Origin: Phyllobates terribilis
Taxonomy: Eukaryota
Direction of reading: 5' to 3'
Assembly (NCBI RefSeq): GCF_046119375.1
Contig: NW_027362769.1
Span: forward strand, 410,440,001-410,504,000
Length of the DNA stretch: 64,000 nt
This document shows, in pieces, positions 58,388-64,000 of this stretch. Each line of letters opens with the position of its first letter. Within the stretch, counting starts at the first letter, position 1. The notes beneath the pieces are model-generated. The model was not told where the DNA came from. It did no database searches and worked only from the letters and a program-made list of their open reading frames with translations. A program made the translations under genes and the position numbers.

Positions 58388-58457
58388 TGTTTGAACTCGT
58401 TATCAGTATAAAAGACACCTGTCCGTAACCTCAAACAGTCGCACTCCAAACTCCACT

Positions 58458-59477
58458 ATGGTGAAGACCAAAGAGCTGTCGAAGGACACCAGAAACAAAA
58501 TTGTAGCCCTGCACCAGGCTGGGAAGAATGAACCTGCAATAGGCAAGCAGCTTGGTGTGAAGAAACCAACTGTGGGAGCAATAATTAGAAAATGGAAGAC
58601 ATACAAGACCACTGATAATCTCCCACGATCTGGGGCTCCACACAAGGTCTCACCCCGTGAGGTCAAAATGATCTTAAGAACGGTGAGGAAAAATCCCAGA
58701 ACCACACGGGGGGACCTAGTGAATGACCTGCAGAGAGCTGGGACCAACGTTACACAGACTACCATCAGTAACACACTACGCCGCCAGGGACTCAGATCCT
58801 GTAGTGCCAGACGTGTCCCCCTGCTTAAGCCATTACATGTCTGGGCCTGTCTGAAGTTTGCTAGAGAGCATTTGGATGATCCAGAAGAGTATTGGAATGT
58901 CATATGGTCAGAAACCAAAGTAGAACTGTTTGGTAGAAACACAACTCGGCGTGTTTGGAGGAGAAAGAATGCTGAGTTGCATCCAAAGAACACCATACCT
59001 ACCGTGAAGCATGGGGATGGCAACATAATGCTGCTTTGGGGCAGTTTCTCTGCCAAGGGACCAGGACGAATGATCCGTTTGCATGAAAGAATGAATGGGG
59101 CCATATATCGTGAGCTTTTGAGTGCAAATATCCTTCCATCAGCAAGGGCATTGAAGATGAAACGTGGCTGGGTCTTTCAGCACGACAATGATCCCAAACA
59201 CACCACCAGGGCAATGAAGGAGTTGCTTCGTAAGAAGCATTTCAAGGTCCTGGAGTGGCCTACCCAGTCTCCAGATCTAAACCCTATAGAAAACCTTTGG
59301 AGGGAGTTGAAAGTCCGTGTTGCCCAGCGACAGCCCCAAAACATCCCTGCTCTAGAGGAGATCTGCATGGAGGAATGGGCCAACATACCAGCAACAGTGT
59401 GTGCCAACCTTGTGAAGACTTACAGAAAACGTTTGACCTCTGTCATTGCCAACAAAGGATATATAACAAAGTATTGA
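58458..59477 (+). CDS. Tc1 transposase (D34E type), full-length ORF but first catalytic Asp deleted
   Basis: Paired-like HTH N-terminus, GRPR-like SGAP box, FQHDNDPKH...SPDLNPIE with 34 residues between D and E; WSET where Tc1 transposases have WSDET. Confidence 0.9.
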   Translation: MVKTKELSKDTRNKIVALHQAGKNEPAIGKQLGVKKPTVGAIIRKWKTYKTTDNLPRSGAPHKVSPREVKMILRTVRKNPRTTRGDLVNDLQRAGTNVTQTTISNTLRRQGLRSCSARRVPLLKPLHVWACLKFAREHLDDPEEYWNVIWSETKVELFGRNTTRRVWRRKNAELHPKNTIPTVKHGDGNIMLLWGSFSAKGPGRMIRLHERMNGAIYRELLSANILPSARALKMKRGWVFQHDNDPKHTTRAMKELLRKKHFKVLEWPTQSPDLNPIENLWRELKVRVAQRQPQNIPALEEICMEEWANIPATVCANLVKTYRKRLTSVIANKGYITKY

Positions 59478-60009
59478 GATGAAGTTTTGTAATTTACCAA
59501 ATACTTATTTTCCACCAAAATTTGAAAAAAAAATTCTTTCCAAATCAGACAATGTGATTTTCAGGATTTGTTTTCTCATTTTCTCTCTCATAGTTGAGGT
59601 CGACCCATGATGTCAATTACAGGCCGACCTCATCTTTGTAAGTGGGAGAACTTGCACAATTGGGGGCTGACTAAATACTTTTTTTTCCCCACTGTATATA
59701 AATCTGAACTAACAGTCCTTCTGAGGACTAATCCAGCTGCAGATATTACTGGTGATAGCAGGAGTTAGGCAGGCAGAGTGTGTGGACTCTGTATACAGCA
59801 GAATAGGGTCCATTGCATGTTCTTCCTGCTGCTGCTATTACTGATATCCATAGCCCTAGATATCAGAACTAATTTTTTTTGCTCTTAATCCTGATTATTT
59901 GCTTAAACAATACAGTACACCATTTTGCTACTCCATTTGCTTGTTAGCAGCATACAGGCCGATTTTTTTTATTTTATTCACGTTACTGTATTGTGGAAGC
60001 AGAGAAACT

Positions 60010-60640
60010 TGTCCATCATCTGACGTGATCCCATATTACTGCTGTAATAATCGTGAATTTGTTTGGAGCGTGCCAAATATTATACTATCCTGTCTGACAA
60101 TTGTGTGTTGTTCAACCTATTCACACTTAGTCGCTGACCAATACCATATCTATAAGGCCACTGCCTAAAACCGTTGTCATCAGACGTGATCAGATATTAC
60201 TGCAGTAATAATACAGAATTTTTTGAAAGCGTGCCAGATATTACACTCCATTTAAAGTCTGCCAGTTGTGTGTTTTTCAAACTTATTCACATTTGTTCGC
60301 TGACCAATATCATACTATTAGGCCACTGCCTAAAACCGTGGTCATCAGCCATGATCCCATATTACTGCCGTAATAATCGTCACATTTTGGGGACCGTGCC
60401 AGATATTACGCTCCATTTAAAGTCTGCCAGTTGTGTGTTGTTCAAACCTATCTATACTTGCCTGTTGACCATTGCCAAAACCATACTACAAGGCCATTGC
60501 CTAAAGCCGTGATCATCAGAAGGGATCAGATATTACTGTGCTAATAATCCAGCATTTTTTGGGAGTGTGTCAGATATTACACTCCATTTAAATTCTGCTA
60601 GTTGTGTGTTGTTCAAACCTATTCACAGTTGGTCGCTGAC
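60010..60640. repeat. Diverged ~162-170-bp tandem repeat, ~4 copies
   Basis: GATC(C/A)(C/G)ATATTACTG...TTGTGTGTTGTTCAAACCTATT recurs; possibly internal repeats of the adjacent hAT remnant. Confidence 0.75.
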
Positions 60641-61299
60641 CAATAGTATATCTGTGAACAATGTTGTTAAGAGTATTACTCCACTTTTTTTGACTGACAA
60701 TTAAACATACAAAAAAAAAGCTAAAATGGATTTTCCTGGAAGAAATGTTAACAAACATTTTTTGCAGGGTCGTGACTTGTATATAAGGCCAAATAAACAA
60801 CAACAAAAAAAGTTATGGACTGTGGAAGAGATTTATGCGACCAGAATGAACACTCATCTCGAGCTGATGATACCACCTAGCACTTGTCCATATTGTAAAT
60901 GCAACTGACATCTTTATCGATAGGGAATAGATTAGATTTTTATTTTTTTTCGGCAGTACCAGCTGCACGCACTATAAGGCAATAACACCTGGCTGGATCG
61001 GTGTAATACGCTATCCATACTGCGATACATCACGCGTAAATGAATTTCAGATAAGACAGGTAATATTCTAGAATATAGAATATATTTGAATTTTGCTTCC
61101 CATTATTAAGGAGTGGGTCTCCTATACTGTTATTGCATATGCAGCAATTTCAAGGGCTGCCAAAAATTAGGACTTACTCCAATACACATTTGAAGAGACA
61201 TTAAAAAAAAAACTATAAAAACAGAGTAGGATCTTTCTTTAGTATAAAAACCAGACTCTCCAATGTAACCTCAATGTAATCACATTTTACAGCTCCAGC

Positions 61300-61536
61300 A
61301 CCTCCTCCTCCTCTTCGGCCTCCATCTCCGAAATGACATTAGTCACAAGCTAGAAGCACTGCAGAACTGCCTTGGCCAAGCGCCAACAGGCTGTGCTGAA
61401 GCTAATATGCTTAGGTGACAAACCGCACAATGCTGCAGAGTTGTTTAAAGCTGTAACACAGCAGCCTGATCTGTGGCTCTCACCGCTGAACATACAGCCA
61501 GGCATGGTCATGTGTGACAATGGGCGGAACCTGGTG
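61300..61536 (+). pseudogene. hAT (ZBED-like) transposase fragment
   Basis: KRQQAVLKLICLGDKPHNAAELFKAVTQQPDLWLSPLNIQPGMVMCDNGRNLV contains the hAT (T/C)DN-x-x-N catalytic motif. Confidence 0.7.
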
Positions 61537-61682
61537 ACGGAGAAATGACAGCCGGGGTAGATACGGTTTCCCTCTATGCCAGTTCTTTCACCAAGCTAAA
61601 GAATATGGCTGTGGTGAAATACAACTCTCACCGAGAAGCAGCCCTGGCTAAGAAAAGTCTGTGTGAAGGTTCCCGGACACTC

Positions 61683-62752
61683 AATTGATGCGCCCCCAGG
61701 GCAGTGGGGTACTCGGTGCCGTGTCGGTGGATGTTGAGAAAAGGGATAGGGCACGGCGGCTGGCCCGGTCCGTGGCCCATTGCGGTCAACCAAAAAGGGG
61801 ATTGGAACTTGGATAAAAATAAAAATAAATAGTTTGTGACGCCACCTGTGGTACCTGGTAATGATTACCAGCGCTGCTTCAGACCTCCGGGGGTGTTGGG
61901 ATGGCAGCTGAGGTGTTTCTGCTCCCCACAGGTGGAGCGGGCCCCCGGGGCAGGGATGGTGTGAAGGGATGCAGGAGAGAGGGGACCCAGCTGGGTCAGA
62001 GGAAGAACAGACACACAAACAGGGGTTCGCTTCAGTACTTTTACTGCAGATGGTAGTCAGGTACGGTCCAGGGTACTTGTAGGTGGGGTGCACTTCTGGT
62101 CTTGTTCCCCAGTGAGTGGGTGTAAGGCCTCCTTTCTGTATCTTCCTGTCTCTCTCCCTGGAGCTTCTGACCTGCCTGGAACAGGGTCTAGCTCCCTTGA
62201 TGTTTCTCTCACCCGTCTTGCTTGGCGCCGAGGGCTTTCCCTCTGGTTACCACGATCCCTGGACGCTGGGGCCTTCGTGGTACCTAGTCCTCTGAATGTG
62301 CGCTATTCACGGATGGACTGAGGGATATGAAATCCTCCTCAGTATGCCGGATTCCCTACTGGGCATAGAGATCCCAATAGGCTCGGGCCCGGTGCCTGGC
62401 TTGCATCAGGGGACGAACCCTCTGTGGTTCCTCTGTCCCTCATGGCTCTTCTCCTCTCCTCTGCCTTCTGGCCCACTCTAGGCCCTCACTGGCCAGACTA
62501 GCCCACAACTTGGGCCTAGCCTGGCTTTCAGCCACACAGACTTCAGCTTGTCTGGTGCTGCAGCATCGTGTCACACTCACTGCTTCCCACTGACTGACTT
62601 CCTGAACTCCACCCCCCAGTATATATATACCTGACAGGGCTCCATCTAGTGGATTTGGGAGGAGGTGTCTGCATGTATTGAGGCCACTGGGGAGAATCCA
62701 TCTGTGCAACACCCAGGAGTTCTGTGACAGCCTGCAGCCGCAGGGCGTCACA
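61683..62752 (-). mobile_element. Solo LTR of the TGTGAC...GGGGGCGC(A/G)TCA Gypsy lineage
   Basis: Minus strand starts TGTGACGCCC and ends GGGGGCGCATCA, like LTRs 35530/42457; TATA-like tract at ~62618-62627; clean TSD not resolved. Confidence 0.65.
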
Positions 62753-62862
62753 CTGTGGTTGCTTTTTTACTTTGGACTGGCTCCAGCAATCTATAAGACT
62801 TAAGAAGATGCAATCTGGCACCTTGGCAAAGCCCAATTCTTTTCTCCCTCTGATATCTAACA

Positions 62863-63125
62863 AATAATAATAATCTTTATTTATATAGCGCCAACATATT
62901 CCGCAGCGCTTTACCATTCAGACACATTATCGGCACTGTCCCAATTGGGGCTCACCATCTACATTCCCTATCAGTGTTTGGACTGTGGGAGGAAACCAGA
63001 GAATCTGGAGGAAACACACGCAAACACGGGGAGAACATGCTAACTCCTTGCAGATGTTGTCCTTGGTGGGATTTGAACCCAGGATCCCAGCGCTGCAAGA
63101 CTTCTGTGCTACCCACTGAGCCACC
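62863..63125 (-). mobile_element. tRNA-derived SINE (V-SINE-like)
   Basis: Reverse complement of the 19296-19560 family; B-box GGGTTCAAATCCC; (TTA)n tail. Confidence 0.8.
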
Positions 63126-63714
63126 ATACAGTGCTAACCACTGAGCTACCCTGCTGCCCAGACAGGTCATGCTGGAGAAACTTGCAACTACTGCCACTCA
63201 GTGTCTTCAGCTCCTTTGTTAGAAACTAATGTTTGGGCAGCCACTCAGTCTACCAAATAAAATTCCTGAGATGGAAATTGTGGATGGCTTCACTTCTAGT
63301 ACTGGGTGCTAATACCAAACCGTGGCGTGCCATAACTCACTGGAAATATTCCTGTATGGTTGGAGACAAGCTCATTCCCACAGAAAAATACCAGTGTCCG
63401 GCGGATGGCACAACACATGGATGTAAAGGGATATAGAAAGTTAAGGAGGACCCTAGTGGTAGGGAACAAGGGAAGGGACACCTCCTGACACCAACCTGTG
63501 TCCGTCCCTAAATTTCCTATCGTCCCTAGACGGGTCTCCCTCCCTCCCGTGCGCGATCACGTGCCTAAGCCATCGCTGGCCCTGGACTTAACCTGGCGAG
63601 TGCGCAGGCCAGCGAGACACTAGTCTCTCCACTACAATAGGACAACACAAGGAAGGGAAGACAAACAATGGGAAGATATCTGTATTTTATGTTCTCTCTA
63701 ACAAGAAACTTCAC

Positions 63715-64000
63715 TAGAGATGAGCGTTGTTCTACTCGAACTGTTCGCCAATCTCAAATTCGAGCTGTTTTGGGCGGTGTTCGAGCCGTTCGGCGAACAC
63801 GAACGATTTGAGAAAAATTCGGCTGTTCGAGGTTATGTTCGATAACTGTTCGTGCACCAAAATCATAACTGGATTTTTTCTCAGTAATGATGAAAATTAA
63901 TGTTAATACGCAGTTTGAGTGTACAGCGGGGCGGGGGGAGGGGCAGGGGATGGATCTCTGCAGGAACAATGAAGATCTCCATTTTTTTTTCTCTTTCCCG
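63715..64000. mobile_element. Start of a hAT-type MITE running out of the window
   Basis: TAGAGATGAGCG terminus followed by TTCG/CGAA-rich subterminal repeats. Confidence 0.45.

Larger units (their letters stand above)
57885..59694 (+). mobile_element. Tc1/mariner DNA transposon with long TIRs; left TIR truncated
   Basis: 57885-58065 is the reverse complement of ~59485-59660; right end CACTG|TA at 59694; outer ~35 bp of the left TIR missing. Confidence 0.93.
61542..63430 (+). pseudogene. dnd1: dead end (dnd1)-like pseudogene fragment, interrupted by a solo LTR and a SINE
   Basis: 61542-61682 EMTAGVDTVSLYASSFTKLKNMAVVKYNSHREAALAKKSLCEGSRTL continues in frame at 62754 CGCFFTLDWLQQ (RRM2 end; DND1 has SHRAAAMAKKALVEG..LCG...VEWL). 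63160-63430 gives ATQCLQLLC*KLMFGQP and GWLHF*YWVLIP, matching the DND1 C-terminal dsRBD-like region. Confidence 0.72.

Noticed and set aside
63440-63660. Possible minus-strand fragment of another sushi-type LTR
   Set aside because: Resemblance is only impressionistic; no partner, terminus or TSD within the window.

Overview
Eukaryotic window, most likely an anuran amphibian (inferred from repeat families and gene content). Mostly transposable elements and tandem arrays; no rRNA, tRNA or CRISPR features found. (1) One host gene on the minus strand, reconstructed from seven phase-compatible exons between 29642 and 9601, is built from a repeated linker-exon/exon-A/exon-B module that encodes two copies of an uncharacterised alpha/beta domain with TIR-like topology (fold is inference). 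(2) LTR retrotransposons, five copies with internal sequence: a Gmr1-like element (integrase before RT, 1-5044); a very young pol-less sushi-type element with one open 853-aa ORF (Gag N-terminal half plus seven 57-aa acidic repeats, 11798-17939); a gag/pol-less tRNA-Ser-primed element carrying a cold-shock-domain ORF (20519-25495); a decayed sushi/chromovirus element (32909-47513); and, nested in its protease, a Gypsy element (35530-43441) that shares R-U5, PBS, leader and PPT with the cold-shock element and looks like its helper lineage. (3) Solo LTRs, a 2.9-kb hAT-type fold-back element, a small Helitron-like element, two V-SINE-like copies, a Tc1 element whose transposase lacks the first catalytic Asp, a hAT transposase fragment, and a fragmented dnd1-like pseudogene. 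(4) Several minisatellites, one with higher-order structure. Most short ORFs in the supplied track are by-products of repeats. All calls were made by eye, without database searches.
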